A stretch of DNA of 32,000 nt from Mycolicibacterium smegmatis (GCF_001457595.1 NZ_LN831039.1:2670001-2702000), one strand, 5' to 3'. Shown: positions 1 to 10,284, numbered from the stretch's first letter. Made by a program: numbers and translations. The notes: generated by a model not told the origin, from the sequence alone.

Positions 1-236
1 CGCGCCAGGCCCGCACCGTGGTGCACCAGACGGTCTCGGCCGTCAACGGCGCCCCCGACATCGGTCCGCACGGGCTGCGCCACAGCGCCGCCACGCATCT
101 GCTCGAAGGCGGCGCCGACCTGCGCATCGTGCAGGAACTGCTCGGCCACACGTCGCTGGCCACCACCCAGCTCTACACCCACGTCACCGTCGAACGGCTC
201 CGCGCCGTTCATGACCAGGCCCACCCACGCGCATGA
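1..236 (+). CDS. xerC: Tyrosine recombinase XerC, C-terminal part (5' truncated by window edge)
   Basis: Open frame to TGA at 236; [12 protein letters not shown]...[15 protein letters not shown] carries the C-terminal catalytic Arg/His/Tyr block of the XerC/D integrases. Confidence 0.9.
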
Positions 237-1114
237 TCCGTTCAGAAGTCGACCTGTCCGGCGGGCGGGTCTCCTACCTCACGTGGTCTCCCGAACGCCC
301 GAGCGGCACCGTCGTCCTGTTGCACGGAGGCGGGGTCGACAACGCCGAATTGTCGTGGGGCGGAATCGCACCCGGGCTCGCCGCGGCGGGCTACCGTGTC
401 GTCTGCCCCGACCATCCGGGTTACGGACACAGTCCACTGCCGGCCTTGCCGGTGACACAGGAGCGTCTGGTCGCCTACGTCGGCGATTTCGTCGACGCGG
501 TCGTCGACGGTCGGTATGCCATCGGTGGGCTCTCGCTCGGCGGCGGCATGACGATCGGGCATGTGCTCGACCGCCCGGACCGGGTGACCGGAGCCATGCT
601 GCTGGGCAGCTACGGCATCATGGCGAGACTGTCGGACGGACCGTTCTCGGCGATCAGGCAGGCGTTGACGTGGGCCATGGTCCGTACCGGGGTGATGGGC
701 TCGGTGATGCGCTGGACCGCGCGAAACCGGACCGCGATGAACCAGAGCGTCGCGGCCATCATCCGAAACCGCGTCTACCGCACCGACGATCTGCTGCAGG
801 CCGTGTACGCCGCCGCGGCGCAACCGGGTGGTTTCATCGCGTTCGAGCAGTGGCAGCGCGACCAGGTGCGGTGGAACCGGCAGCGCACCGACTACACCGA
901 CCGCTTACGGACGTTTCCGCGTCCCGCGCTGATCGTGCACGGCGGCCGCGATACAGGTGTACCCGTCGCCCATGCGCGCGCCGCCGCGCGGTTGATACCG
1001 GACGCCACGCTGAAAGTCGTTGCCGAGGCGGGCCATTGGGTGCAGCGGGACGCACCCGATGTGGTGCTCGACGCGATGACGACATTCCTGGCCCGGATCA
1101 GCGCAACAGCTTGA
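233..1114 (+). CDS. Alpha/beta fold hydrolase
   Basis: 293 aa; LHGG near the N-terminus, GLSLGGG nucleophile elbow, GGRDTGVP and GHW late motifs; ATGA overlap with the xerC stop. Confidence 0.85.
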
Positions 1115-2027
1115 TCACCTCGGCGAGGTGCGGCATGGCCGATTCACGGCCCGCCCACGCGTCGATGACCGTCCAGTAGCTCACCCCGTACAGGCGTTGG
1201 CGCTCCGCGAGCGCCTCGGCCATCTGCTCGTAGGTCCCGATCAGGACGAAGGGCGATTCGAGCAGGACCGACGGCTCGGTGCCGAGGGTGCCTGCGAGTT
1301 CGGCCGCGGCCGCGGCCGGGTCCTCGGTGTGGGCGACGAATTGGATGAGCGCGTTGAGTTCGATCTGCTCGAAGCGCGCACCTGCCGCGTCGCGGACCAC
1401 GCCGATGCGGTCCAGCAGTCCTGCCGGGCCGAAGTGGGTCAGGCGGATCTCGGTGGCATCGTGGTTGTGGCTGAACCCGGCGAGGCCCGCGATATCGGCG
1501 ACGCGGCCCGCCAACTGCAGTACACGCGTGCCGTTTCCGCCGATGAGCAGCGGCACGGGAACCCCGGGTGGCGCCACGAGCTCACCTGCGGCACCGCGCA
1601 CACAGTAGTGCGAGCCGTCGACATCAACCGCCTCGCCTGCCAGCAGCGGCGCGATCACCGAGACGGCTTCGACAAGCCGGTCGACCCGCACGCCCCCGCG
1701 GTCGAATTTCACACCGACGGCGTCGTACTCGGATTTCATGTGTCCGGCGCCCAGACCGAGCTCGAAGCGCCCGCCCGACATGGCTGCCAGGGTGCCGGAT
1801 TCACGCGCTACGTCGACCGGATGACGGAGATCGTTGTTGAGCACCAACGTTCCGGTGTGCAAGTGGGACGTGACCGCACCCGCCGCTGCGCAAACGGCGA
1901 ACGGCGACAGAATCGGCGCGACGTGATCGGGCACCGTCAGCACGTCGAACCCGGAATCCTCGACGCCGCGGGCAAACTCGGCGAAGTCGGTGCCACGGGG
2001 GAGGGCGGTGTGCAGGCCAAAGCGCAT
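1098..2027 (-). CDS. LLM-class (F420-dependent type) oxidoreductase
   Basis: MRFGLHTALPRGTDFAEFARGVEDSGFDVLTVPDHVAP...; SGGRFELGLGAGHMKSEYDAVGV typical of the luciferase-like family; internal ATG at 2027 preferred over the longer ORF. Confidence 0.85.
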   Translation of the reverse strand: MRFGLHTALPRGTDFAEFARGVEDSGFDVLTVPDHVAPILSPFAVCAAAGAVTSHLHTGTLVLNNDLRHPVDVARESGTLAAMSGGRFELGLGAGHMKSEYDAVGVKFDRGGVRVDRLVEAVSVIAPLLAGEAVDVDGSHYCVRGAAGELVAPPGVPVPLLIGGNGTRVLQLAGRVADIAGLAGFSHNHDATEIRLTHFGPAGLLDRIGVVRDAAGARFEQIELNALIQFVAHTEDPAAAAAELAGTLGTEPSVLLESPFVLIGTYEQMAEALAERQRLYGVSYWTVIDAWAGRESAMPHLAEVIKLLR

Positions 2028-2053
2028 GGGGCGGTTGCGATGAGCGGTAGATG

Positions 2054-2557
2054 TCACCTCGCCGACTGTAACCCCGTTTGGAGTGGCTTGAGGCGGACCG
2101 CGGCGAGCAGGCCGAGCGGATCGACGTAGTCGGCGCGCGAAGCCGGACCCCACATCGCACCCCAGTGCAGACACGCCGCGACCGGGCAGCCGGAGTGACC
2201 CTCGTCGAGGGTGCCGATGGACTGCCCGGCTGCGACCGTGCGGCCCACCCGCACGTGAGCGCGTACCGGTTCGTAGGTGGTGCGCAGACCTCCCGGATGC
2301 GCGATCGACACCACCGGGCGGCCCGCGAGTTCACCCGCGAACACCACCGTGCCGGGCCCCGCGGCATACACGGGCTGGTGCGCCCCCGCCGCGAGGTCAA
2401 CGCCACGGTGCCCGCGCTGCCAGTTCGGCGACGGCGCGTCGAACGCGCGCGTCACCGCTGGTCGCGGGTCCAGCGGCCAGCGGAAGCGCACGGTCTCGGC
2501 GTCCGCAGGCACGGCCCAGAACAACCCAGCGCACACCACCGCTGCCATGATTCTCAT
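2054..2557 (-). CDS. Secreted M23-family metallopeptidase (LytM-like)
   Basis: MRIMAAVVCAGLFWAVPADAE signal-like N-terminus; GHRGVDLAAGAHQPVYAAGPGTVVFAG and LHWG motifs of M23; the start codon within the longer 2054..2734 ORF is uncertain. Confidence 0.8.
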   Translation of the reverse strand: MRIMAAVVCAGLFWAVPADAETVRFRWPLDPRPAVTRAFDAPSPNWQRGHRGVDLAAGAHQPVYAAGPGTVVFAGELAGRPVVSIAHPGGLRTTYEPVRAHVRVGRTVAAGQSIGTLDEGHSGCPVAACLHWGAMWGPASRADYVDPLGLLAAVRLKPLQTGLQSAR

Positions 2558-2865
2558 CACCTTCCACTTCACCGCATCCGCACCCGTGCGCCCAAGAGCG
2601 AGATCACGGCCTGTGGATGAACCGCCGACCCTGGAGGTCAGGCTGGTAAAAGCACCTGTGTCCAGCGTGTAAACTCCTACGTGCAGCTCGCCGAGCGGGC
2701 TGACTTCGCGTGTTCGCGCCTCGATCGCCTCCATGGGGTCGAATCCGGATGCCGGCGGTCCTGACCTGGGATTTCCCAGTGCGGGTCCGGCAACCAGCGG
2801 GCACCAGGGCCCGGTATCACCCGATGCCGAGCGACAACCGACAACCAGAAGAGGTATGGCTGGCC

Positions 2866-3699
2866 ATGGCCGTCGTCACCATGAAGCAGCTGCTTGACAG
2901 CGGCGCCCACTTCGGGCATCAGACCCGTCGTTGGAATCCCAAGATGAAGCGGTTCATCTTCACCGACCGCAACGGCATCTACATCATCGACCTGCAGCAG
3001 ACGCTGACCTACATCGACAAGGCGTACGAATTCGTCAAGGAAACCGTCGCCCACGGTGGCACGGTCCTGTTCGTCGGCACCAAGAAGCAGGCGCAGGAGT
3101 CCATCGCCGAAGAGGCCACCCGCGTCGGCATGCCGTACGTGAACCAGCGCTGGCTCGGCGGCATGCTCACCAACTTCTCCACCGTGCACAAGCGCCTGCA
3201 GCGCCTCAAGGAGCTCGAGGCCATGGAGCAGACCGGTGGCTTCGAGGGTCGCACCAAGAAGGAAATCCTCATGCTCACGCGTGAGAAGAACAAGCTCGAG
3301 CGCAGCCTCGGCGGTATCCGCGACATGCAGAAGGTGCCCTCGGCCGTGTGGGTCGTCGACACCAACAAGGAGCACATCGCCGTCGGTGAGGCCCGCAAGC
3401 TGGGCATCCCGGTCATCGCGATCCTCGACACCAACTGCGATCCCGACGTCGTCGACTACCCGATCCCGGGCAACGACGACGCGATCCGCTCGGCCGCGCT
3501 GCTGACCAAGGTGATCGCCTCCGCGGTCGCCGAGGGTCTGCAGGCCCGCGCGGGCCAGGGCAGCGGCGAGAAGCCCGCCGAAGGTGCCGAGCCGCTCGCC
3601 GAGTGGGAGCAGGAGCTGCTCGCCGGCGCGACCGCCGGTGCTGCCGACGCCTCCGCCGAAGGCGCTGCCGCCCCCGAATCATCCACTGACGCTTCGTAA
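2866..3699 (+). CDS. rpsB: 30S ribosomal protein S2
   Basis: [46 protein letters not shown]... and [15 protein letters not shown]; unmistakable S2. Confidence 0.98.
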
Positions 3700-3715
3700 T
3701 TCCAGGAAGGCTTTC

Positions 3716-4543
3716 ATGGCTAACTACACCGCTGCCGACGTAAAGCGGCTTCGGGAGCTGACCGGTGCAGGCATGCTCGACTCGAAGAACGCCCTGGTCG
3801 AGGCCGACGGCGACTTCGACAAGGCAGTCGAACTTCTCCGCATCAAGGGCGCCAAGGACGTCGGCAAGCGCGCTGAGCGTGCGACCGCCGAAGGTCTGGT
3901 CGCGGCCAAGGACGGCGCGCTCATCGAGCTGAACTCGGAGACCGACTTCGTCGCCAAGAACGCCGAGTTCCAGGCGCTCGCCGACCAGATCGTCGCAGCT
4001 GCCGTCGCGGCCAAGGCCAACGACATCGAGACGCTCAAGGCTGCCAAGACCGGCGACACCACCGTCGAACAGGCCATCGCGGACCTGAGCGCCAAGATCG
4101 GCGAGAAGCTCGAACTGCGCCGCGCGGCGTACTTCGACGGCACCGTCGAGGCCTACCTGCACAAGCGTGCCGCCGACCTGCCGCCCGCCGTGGGTGTGCT
4201 GGTCGAGTACCAGGCCGGCGACGCCGACAAGGGCAAGGAGGCCGCGCACGCGGTCGCACTGCAGATCGCCGCGCTCAAGGCCAAGTACCTCACCCGTGAG
4301 GACGTGCCCGAGGACATCGTCGCCAACGAGCGTCGCATCGCCGAGGAGACCGCCCGCAACGAGGGCAAGCCCGAGCAGGCGCTGCCGAAGATCGTCGAAG
4401 GCCGCGTGACCGGCTTCTACAAGGACGTCGTGCTGCTCGACCAGCCGTCGGTGTCCGACAACAAGAAGACCGTCAAGGCGTTGCTCGACGAGGCTGGCGT
4501 GACCGTGACGCGCTTCGTGCGCTTCGAGGTCGGCCAGGCCTGA
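3716..4543 (+). CDS. tsf: Elongation factor Ts
   Basis: [45 protein letters not shown]; conserved EF-Ts sequence directly downstream of rpsB. Confidence 0.98.
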   Translation: MANYTAADVKRLRELTGAGMLDSKNALVEADGDFDKAVELLRIKGAKDVGKRAERATAEGLVAAKDGALIELNSETDFVAKNAEFQALADQIVAAAVAAKANDIETLKAAKTGDTTVEQAIADLSAKIGEKLELRRAAYFDGTVEAYLHKRAADLPPAVGVLVEYQAGDADKGKEAAHAVALQIAALKAKYLTREDVPEDIVANERRIAEETARNEGKPEQALPKIVEGRVTGFYKDVVLLDQPSVSDNKKTVKALLDEAGVTVTRFVRFEVGQA

Positions 4544-4578
4544 CAAGCCTGAGCGGCACACCCACCGCTCACTGTGTG

Positions 4579-4623
4579 AAACCCCGCGTCATACCCGGCG
4601 ATCCCGGAGACGCGGGGTTTTGC
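4579..4623 (+). terminator. Rho-independent-like terminator after tsf
   Basis: AAACCCCGCGTC (4579-4590) pairs perfectly with GACGCGGGGTTT (4609-4620), followed by T-rich TGCC. Confidence 0.75.
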
Positions 4624-4701
4624 CGTCTTCGGAGAACAGCAAAGGGCAAGGAAACCCCGCTCGCCGGCCTGCCGTGTGGTACCACTTGGTACCGTCAACC
4701 C

Positions 4702-6162
4702 ATGGTCCACGCCTTCAGCAATGACGCTCTCGGTGATCACGATGCCGTCGGCCTCGTCGGGGAACTGGCGGCGGGCCGCGTGTCGTCCGCCGACCTCATC
4801 GAGGCCGCGATCGCGCGCGTCGAGGCCGTCAACCCCACGCTGAAAGGCCTGGCCTACGCGGCCTTCGAACGCGCCCACGCCCGTGGCGCGGCGCCCAGCC
4901 CCTACGGCGGCTTCTTCGACGGGGTACCCACCTTTGTCAAGGACAACGTCGACGTCGAGGGCATGCCCACCATGCACGGCACCGACGCGTGGGAACCGCG
5001 GGCCGTACGCGCCCACGGCGACTTCGCGCGGGCCTACCTCTCGACCGGGCTCATCGCGCTGGGCAAGACTCGTCTGTCGGAATACGGCTTCAGCGCGTCG
5101 TGTGAGCATCCGCGCCTGGGCCCCGTGCGCAACCCGTGGAACCCGGAGTACACCGCGGGAGCGTCGTCGTCAGGGTCGGCCGCGTTCGTGGCCGCGGGTG
5201 TCGTCCCCATCGCACACGCCAACGACGGCGGCGGCTCGATTCGCATCCCGGCCGCGTGCAACGGTCTCGTCGGTCTCAAGCCGTCCAGGGGCCGTCTGCC
5301 TCAGGACAAATACTTCCGCGCGATGCCGTTGCGCATCGTCTCCGACGGCGTGGTCACCCGCTCGGTCCGCGACACGGCAGCCTTCTACCGCGAGATGGAA
5401 CGCGTCTACCGCAACCCGAAGCTGCCACCCATCGGCGACGTCCACCGCCCTGGAAAGCAGCGGCTGAGGATCGCGGTGTGCACGCAGTCCATCGTCCGCG
5501 ACGCCGCGCCTGAGGTCCGCGACCTCACCCTCAAGACCGCGGCACTGCTCGAGGAACTCGGCCACCGGGTCACCCCGATCGGCAATCCGATTCCGAACCA
5601 CTTCAAGGACGACTTCCTGGACTACTGGGCATTTCTGGCGTTCGCCAGCGTGCGCGGTGGACGCCGCACGGCCGGGCCGTCGTTCGATCGCGACCGGCTG
5701 GACAACCTCACGCTGGGACTGGATCGCCGCGCCGCGCGGCGCCTGTACCGGCTGCCGCTCGCGATCGCCCGGCTGGCCCGGTCCGGGCGGATCACCCAGC
5801 GGCTGTCCAACAGCTACGACGTGGTGCTCACGCCCACGCTGGCCGAGCCGACGCTGCCCCTCGGGCGACTCGATCCGACCGCGGACTACGAGCAGATCCT
5901 GCAGCGGCTGGTCGACTGGGTGGCCTTCACACCGTTGCAGAACGCGACCGGAGACCCCGCGATCTCGTTGCCGCTCGCGCAGACCACCGCCGGCATGCCG
6001 GTGGGCATGATGTTCTCCAGCACCATCGGCCGCGAGGCGCGCCTTTTGGAGCTTGCCTACGAGCTCGAGGAGGCGCGGCCCTGGGCGCGCATACAAGATG
6101 TCACCGCGACCAAGCAGCCGCGTAAGCGGGCCGCGAAGAAGGCCACGAAAACCACGGAGTAG
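4702..6162 (+). CDS. Amidase (amidase-signature family)
   Basis: 486 aa; PTFVKDNVDVEGMPTMHGT, ASSSGSAAFVAAGVVPIAHANDGGGSIRIPAACNGLVGLKPSRGR, which is the Ser-cisSer-Lys amidase signature; matches the rpsB-tsf-amiC neighbourhood. Confidence 0.92.
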   Translation: MVHAFSNDALGDHDAVGLVGELAAGRVSSADLIEAAIARVEAVNPTLKGLAYAAFERAHARGAAPSPYGGFFDGVPTFVKDNVDVEGMPTMHGTDAWEPRAVRAHGDFARAYLSTGLIALGKTRLSEYGFSASCEHPRLGPVRNPWNPEYTAGASSSGSAAFVAAGVVPIAHANDGGGSIRIPAACNGLVGLKPSRGRLPQDKYFRAMPLRIVSDGVVTRSVRDTAAFYREMERVYRNPKLPPIGDVHRPGKQRLRIAVCTQSIVRDAAPEVRDLTLKTAALLEELGHRVTPIGNPIPNHFKDDFLDYWAFLAFASVRGGRRTAGPSFDRDRLDNLTLGLDRRAARRLYRLPLAIARLARSGRITQRLSNSYDVVLTPTLAEPTLPLGRLDPTADYEQILQRLVDWVAFTPLQNATGDPAISLPLAQTTAGMPVGMMFSSTIGREARLLELAYELEEARPWARIQDVTATKQPRKRAAKKATKTTE

Positions 6163-6277
6163 GGCACAAACCGGCGTGGCGCGTGACATGACCCCGTAAC
6201 CCGGGCCGTGTCCTGTTAACGAACTCGACACCGCGAACGGCTGCGGGTGAAACATCGGGCTCGCAGCATCCCTCATT

Positions 6278-7462
6278 GTGGAAACCGCTGAATCGGTATC
6301 GCCCTCACCCACATCCACACCGCCACGATCACCGCAGATCGCCACCACCACCGGCAACACCTTCGGTTGCCTGGTGCGGTTCGCCTTCGCGAACATCCGG
6401 CGCAGGCCGGAGCGGTTCGTGCTCTCGGTGCTCGGGATCGCGCTGGCGATCGCGTGTGTGACTGTCGTGCGGACGATTTCGTCGAGCTTCGCGATCACCG
6501 GCGCCGACTCGGTGACCGACGTCCTCGGCGACGCGCAGCTGTGGGTGGTGCCCGCGGCAGGCGTGCACTACGACAACGAGGCGTCGGCACTGGTGGCCGA
6601 CGGGCCCGCACCCGCGCTCACGGTGCCCGACGGCTGGCGGGCCGTGCAGACCTCCTCGGGGGTCGTGCACATCGGCGACGCGGAGGTATCCCTGCGCGGC
6701 GACGACGAAATACCCGCGGGGCAAGCGGTTCTCGGACCCGATGTGGCAAACCGGCTCGCGGTGGCCGACGGATCTGTCGTCGACGTGAACGGCCACCCGC
6801 TGACGGCGCGGATCACCGGCTCCGGCGAATCGGTGACGGTGCCGACGAGCGTTGCCCGGTCACTGGTCGGCGACCACGGGTGGTGGACGGTGTATGCGCC
6901 TGCGGGGGAGGAGAATCGGCGCGATCTGGCCCAGAGGTTCGGTGCCGCGGTCGGTTTGCCGTACACCGCCGACCCCTCCGAGCAACCGAAAGCCGATGGC
7001 GAAGGTCTGATCTACGACACCGTGGGCGGGTCCGGGCCGCTGACCTTCGAGCAGAAATTCTCCGCACTGTTCTCCGGCAAGGTCACGAGCTCGACACTGG
7101 GCCTGATCTCCACGATCGGCCTGATCCTCGGATTCGTCATCGCGGTGTCGTCGTTCCTGGCGGCCGTGCAGGAACGCAAACGCGAATTCGGCATCATGAG
7201 CAGCATCGGCCTGGCCGACGAGGTGCTGTACTTCTTCCTCGTCGAATCGGCGATCGTGTTCGTCGCGGCCTACGTACTGGGTGTGCTCGGCGCGGGAGCC
7301 GCTGTGGCGCTGACGATTCCGGGCATCGCGACCCCGGTCGCGTGGGCACAGGCCGCCGGTATGGTCGCGGCCTTCCTTCCGGCCATGGCGATCGTCGGCG
7401 CGCTGGTACCCGTACACCGCTTGCTGCAGCAGCGGCCCGTCGACCTGTTGGGGGCGCGATGA
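6278..7462 (+). CDS. ABC transporter permease, FtsX/MacB-like, with large extracytoplasmic domain
   Basis: GTG start; 394 aa; FVLSVLGIALAIACVTVVRTISSSF TM1, long soluble segment, C-terminal FtsX-like TM segments (TLGLISTIGLILGFVIAVSSFLAAVQERKREFGIMSSIGLADE). Confidence 0.85.
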   Translation: METAESVSPSPTSTPPRSPQIATTTGNTFGCLVRFAFANIRRRPERFVLSVLGIALAIACVTVVRTISSSFAITGADSVTDVLGDAQLWVVPAAGVHYDNEASALVADGPAPALTVPDGWRAVQTSSGVVHIGDAEVSLRGDDEIPAGQAVLGPDVANRLAVADGSVVDVNGHPLTARITGSGESVTVPTSVARSLVGDHGWWTVYAPAGEENRRDLAQRFGAAVGLPYTADPSEQPKADGEGLIYDTVGGSGPLTFEQKFSALFSGKVTSSTLGLISTIGLILGFVIAVSSFLAAVQERKREFGIMSSIGLADEVLYFFLVESAIVFVAAYVLGVLGAGAAVALTIPGIATPVAWAQAAGMVAAFLPAMAIVGALVPVHRLLQQRPVDLLGAR

Positions 7463-8025
7463 TCCAGAAAGGCCTTGCCTACGGCTGGTTGTCGGCGCGC
7501 AGGCGGATCAGGGAGATGGTGTTGCCGGTGGTCACCACCGCGACCGGCGCCTTCCTGGTGGTGCTGGTGTTCGCGATGTCCGCGGGCATCCGGGAGCAAT
7601 CGGCCGTCATCGGGCATGCCGAGGAGATCAATCGGGCGGTGATCCTGATCGCGGTGACGGTGTTGCTCGTAGGCGTGGTCGAGGTCGCCGTGGCGACCAC
7701 CCGCACCGTGGCGCACCGGACCCGGGAGCTCGGTGTGTTGGGCGCCAACGGTATTCCGCGCGGGCCTGTGGTGGCCGCCCTGCTCGTCGAACCGCTGGTC
7801 GCGGCCGTGCTCGGCGCCTTGGCAGGTGCGGGGGCGGCGTCGGTCACCGCGGCCGTGGTCGCTCTGGCCGGGCTCGCTCCGACGGGTGTGTCGGTCGCCG
7901 GGATCCTCGCCGGTTGCCTGATCGCGTTCGGTGTCAGCATCGTCGCGGCCGTCGCCACGAGTTTCGTGCCCACCTGGAACGCCGCGTCGCGTCCACCCAT
8001 CCGATCCCTGACCGCTGGAGGCTGA
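7459..8025 (+). CDS. Second ABC transporter permease, short FtsX-like domain
   Basis: ATGA overlap with the upstream stop; INRAVILIAVTVLLVGVVEVAVATTRTVAHRTRELGVLGANG...; several TM segments. Confidence 0.8.
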   Translation: MIQKGLAYGWLSARRRIREMVLPVVTTATGAFLVVLVFAMSAGIREQSAVIGHAEEINRAVILIAVTVLLVGVVEVAVATTRTVAHRTRELGVLGANGIPRGPVVAALLVEPLVAAVLGALAGAGAASVTAAVVALAGLAPTGVSVAGILAGCLIAFGVSIVAAVATSFVPTWNAASRPPIRSLTAGG

Positions 8026-8029
8026 TCAC

Positions 8030-8752
8030 ATGACCGCACTGGATGACACCGAGGCCCCGGCCGACAACGAGGACAGCAGGAAACCCGTCATCGAGATCAG
8101 CGACGTTTGGAAGCTGCACAAACTGGGCGACGAGGTGGTCAAGGCGCTCAAGGCCGCCGAACTGCAGGTCATGCCGGGTGAATTCGTGTGCCTGATGGGG
8201 CCGAGCGGCAGCGGCAAGTCCACGCTGCTCAACATCATCGGCGGTCTCGATCGGCCCACCAAGGGCACCGTGAAGATCAGCGGGCAGGACACCGCACAGC
8301 TGACCGAGAGCCAGTTCGCCGCATTGCGCCACGACACCATCGGATTCATCTTCCAGAGCTACAACCTGATCCCGTTCCTGTCGGCGGTCGAGAACGTCGA
8401 GCTGCCACTGATGTTCGAACCGTACGACCGGAGATCGTTGCGCACACGCGCCACCGAACTCCTCGAGATGGTGGGCCTGGGACACCGGATCCACCACCAG
8501 CCCACCAAGATGTCCGGTGGTGAACAGCAACGCACCGCGATCGCACGGTCGTTGATCAGCAACCCGACCCTGGTCCTCGCCGACGAGCCGACAGCCAATC
8601 TCGACCACCGCACGGGGGAGACGGTGGTGCGCATGCTGCGCGACCTGTGCCTGACGCTGGGCGTCACGGTCGTCGCGAGCACCCACGATCCCACGGTGGC
8701 CGACGAAGCGAGCCGTGTTGTCCGGATGCGAGACGGACAGATCATCAACTGA
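8030..8752 (+). CDS. ABC transporter ATP-binding protein (LolD/MacB type)
   Basis: Walker A GPSGSGKST, signature MSGGEQQRTAIARS, Walker B LVLADEPTANLD. Confidence 0.95.
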   Translation: MTALDDTEAPADNEDSRKPVIEISDVWKLHKLGDEVVKALKAAELQVMPGEFVCLMGPSGSGKSTLLNIIGGLDRPTKGTVKISGQDTAQLTESQFAALRHDTIGFIFQSYNLIPFLSAVENVELPLMFEPYDRRSLRTRATELLEMVGLGHRIHHQPTKMSGGEQQRTAIARSLISNPTLVLADEPTANLDHRTGETVVRMLRDLCLTLGVTVVASTHDPTVADEASRVVRMRDGQIIN

Positions 8753-8775
8753 GTCAACGGCATTGGGAGACATCG

Positions 8776-10284
8776 ATGACCCAAGAGTTAGAGGCACCAC
8801 CGCCCGCCGAACGAGACAAGCTCATGACCACCGAACTGGTGCCGGAGCAGATCCTGCCCAAGGTGATGACCACGTTCGGCCTGACCGCGGCCTATGTGTT
8901 CATCATCTGCTGGATCACCGGATCCTCGGTGATGGCGGCGGGCGGGTGGACCGCGATCCCGATGTGGGTGCTGGGCATCCTCACATTCCTGGTGCCCGCA
9001 GGCATGGCCGTCGTCGAACTGGGCAACCTGTGGCCAGGTCAGGGCGGCGTGTACATCTGGGCCACCCGCACCATGGGGGAGACGTGGGGTTTCATCGGCG
9101 GCTACCTGTCCTGGGTGCCGGTGATCCTCAACGCGGCCTCGTCCCCGGCCGTGGTGCTGCAACTGCTGCTGCTGGCCTTCCACGCCGAAATCGGCCTGAC
9201 CACCAGCATCATCCTGCAGCTGGTGATCCTGTGGACCGTCATCGGGCTGGCGTTGGCGAAACTGGCCGCCAACCAACGCATCATGAACATCGTCTTCATC
9301 GTCTACGGCGTCCTGACCCTGACGATCTTCATCTCCGGCCTGCTGTTCGCCGTCGAGAACGGTTCGGCCACACCGTTCAGCTGGGCCGAGGCCACCATCC
9401 CCAATTTCGCCGTCGCGGGCTTTCTGTACGGCACCGTGCTGCTGTACCTGCTGGGTGTGGAGACCCCGTACAACATGGGCGCGGAGTTCCTCTCGGTGCG
9501 TAAGAGCGGACCGAAGATGATCCTGTGGGGATCCACCGCGCTGGTAGCGATCTACCTGCTCACCACGCTGGGCACCATGATGGCGTTGCCCGGCGACCAG
9601 ATCGACCCGGTGACCGGTGTGATCGGGATGCTCGACGTCGCCGGATTCCCCGGCCTGATGGAAGTCGGCGCGATCGTGCTCGCCTTCATCGTCGTGGTGG
9701 CGCTGATGACCTATCAGGTCGCTTATTCGCGGCTGATCTTCGTCTCCGGCCTCGAACGGCACCTGCCGCGCATCTTCACCCACCTCAACCCGCGTACCCG
9801 CAACCCGGTGACCGCGGTGCTGATCCAGGGCGTGATCTCGTCGCTCATCCTGGTCGGGCTGTACTCGCAGAGCAGCATGGCCAACGTCACCGTCTACCTA
9901 CAGGGCGGACTGTCCACGGTGTGGCTGCTGAGCGGGTTCTTCTTCCTGATCCCGGTGATCGTGGCCCGCAAGAAGTACGCCGATCGCTATGCCAACGAGC
10001 AGTTCTGGCGCATCCCCGGCGGCATGGTCGGTGTGTGGATCACGGTGATCGTCGGCAGCCTGGCCACCGTCGGTGGCATCTACTACTCCTTCGTCACGCC
10101 GTGGATCGACGTACCGTCGGCCACCTGGATGACCTGGGTGGGCTGCATCAGCCTCGGCATGTTCGGCCTGGGTCTGATCGTCTACGTCTTCGGTCGGAGG
10201 TCGGCACACAAGGTCTCCCAGGACGATGCGCTGGCCCATCTCGCGGTGTTCGACCTGACGAAGGAGGACGAAGCGCAGAAGTAG
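8776..10284 (+). CDS. APC-family amino acid/amine permease
   Basis: About 502 aa with many TM segments; N-terminal FGLTAAYVFIICWITGSSVMAAGGWTAIPMWVLG and WPGQGGVYIWATRTMGETWGFIGGYLSW typical of APC transporters. Confidence 0.85.
   Translation: MTQELEAPPPAERDKLMTTELVPEQILPKVMTTFGLTAAYVFIICWITGSSVMAAGGWTAIPMWVLGILTFLVPAGMAVVELGNLWPGQGGVYIWATRTMGETWGFIGGYLSWVPVILNAASSPAVVLQLLLLAFHAEIGLTTSIILQLVILWTVIGLALAKLAANQRIMNIVFIVYGVLTLTIFISGLLFAVENGSATPFSWAEATIPNFAVAGFLYGTVLLYLLGVETPYNMGAEFLSVRKSGPKMILWGSTALVAIYLLTTLGTMMALPGDQIDPVTGVIGMLDVAGFPGLMEVGAIVLAFIVVVALMTYQVAYSRLIFVSGLERHLPRIFTHLNPRTRNPVTAVLIQGVISSLILVGLYSQSSMANVTVYLQGGLSTVWLLSGFFFLIPVIVARKKYADRYANEQFWRIPGGMVGVWITVIVGSLATVGGIYYSFVTPWIDVPSATWMTWVGCISLGMFGLGLIVYVFGRRSAHKVSQDDALAHLAVFDLTKEDEAQK

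Noticed and set aside
211-1179. 322-aa plus-strand ORF overlapping the alpha/beta hydrolase
   Set aside because: Arg-rich out-of-frame product; the 233..1114 frame contains the hydrolase motifs and overlaps xerC properly.
3413-4561. 382-aa minus-strand ORF antisense to tsf
   Set aside because: Antisense of EF-Ts; repetitive composition and no recognisable domain.
4674-4697. GGTACCACTTGGTACC direct repeat of GGTACC upstream of the amidase
   Set aside because: Only two copies of a 6-mer palindrome; too short to distinguish from chance in this sequence.
5170-6498. 442-aa minus-strand ORF antisense to the amidase
   Set aside because: Overlaps the strongly supported amidase; composition biased, no motif.
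6367-7458. N-terminal part of the 552-aa ORF 6367..8025
   Set aside because: Arg-rich out-of-frame translation of the first permease; only the part from ATG 7459 is a real second permease.
8788-9783. 331-aa minus-strand ORF antisense to the APC permease
   Set aside because: Hydrophilic His/Gln/Asp-rich mirror of a transmembrane gene, a common high-GC artefact.
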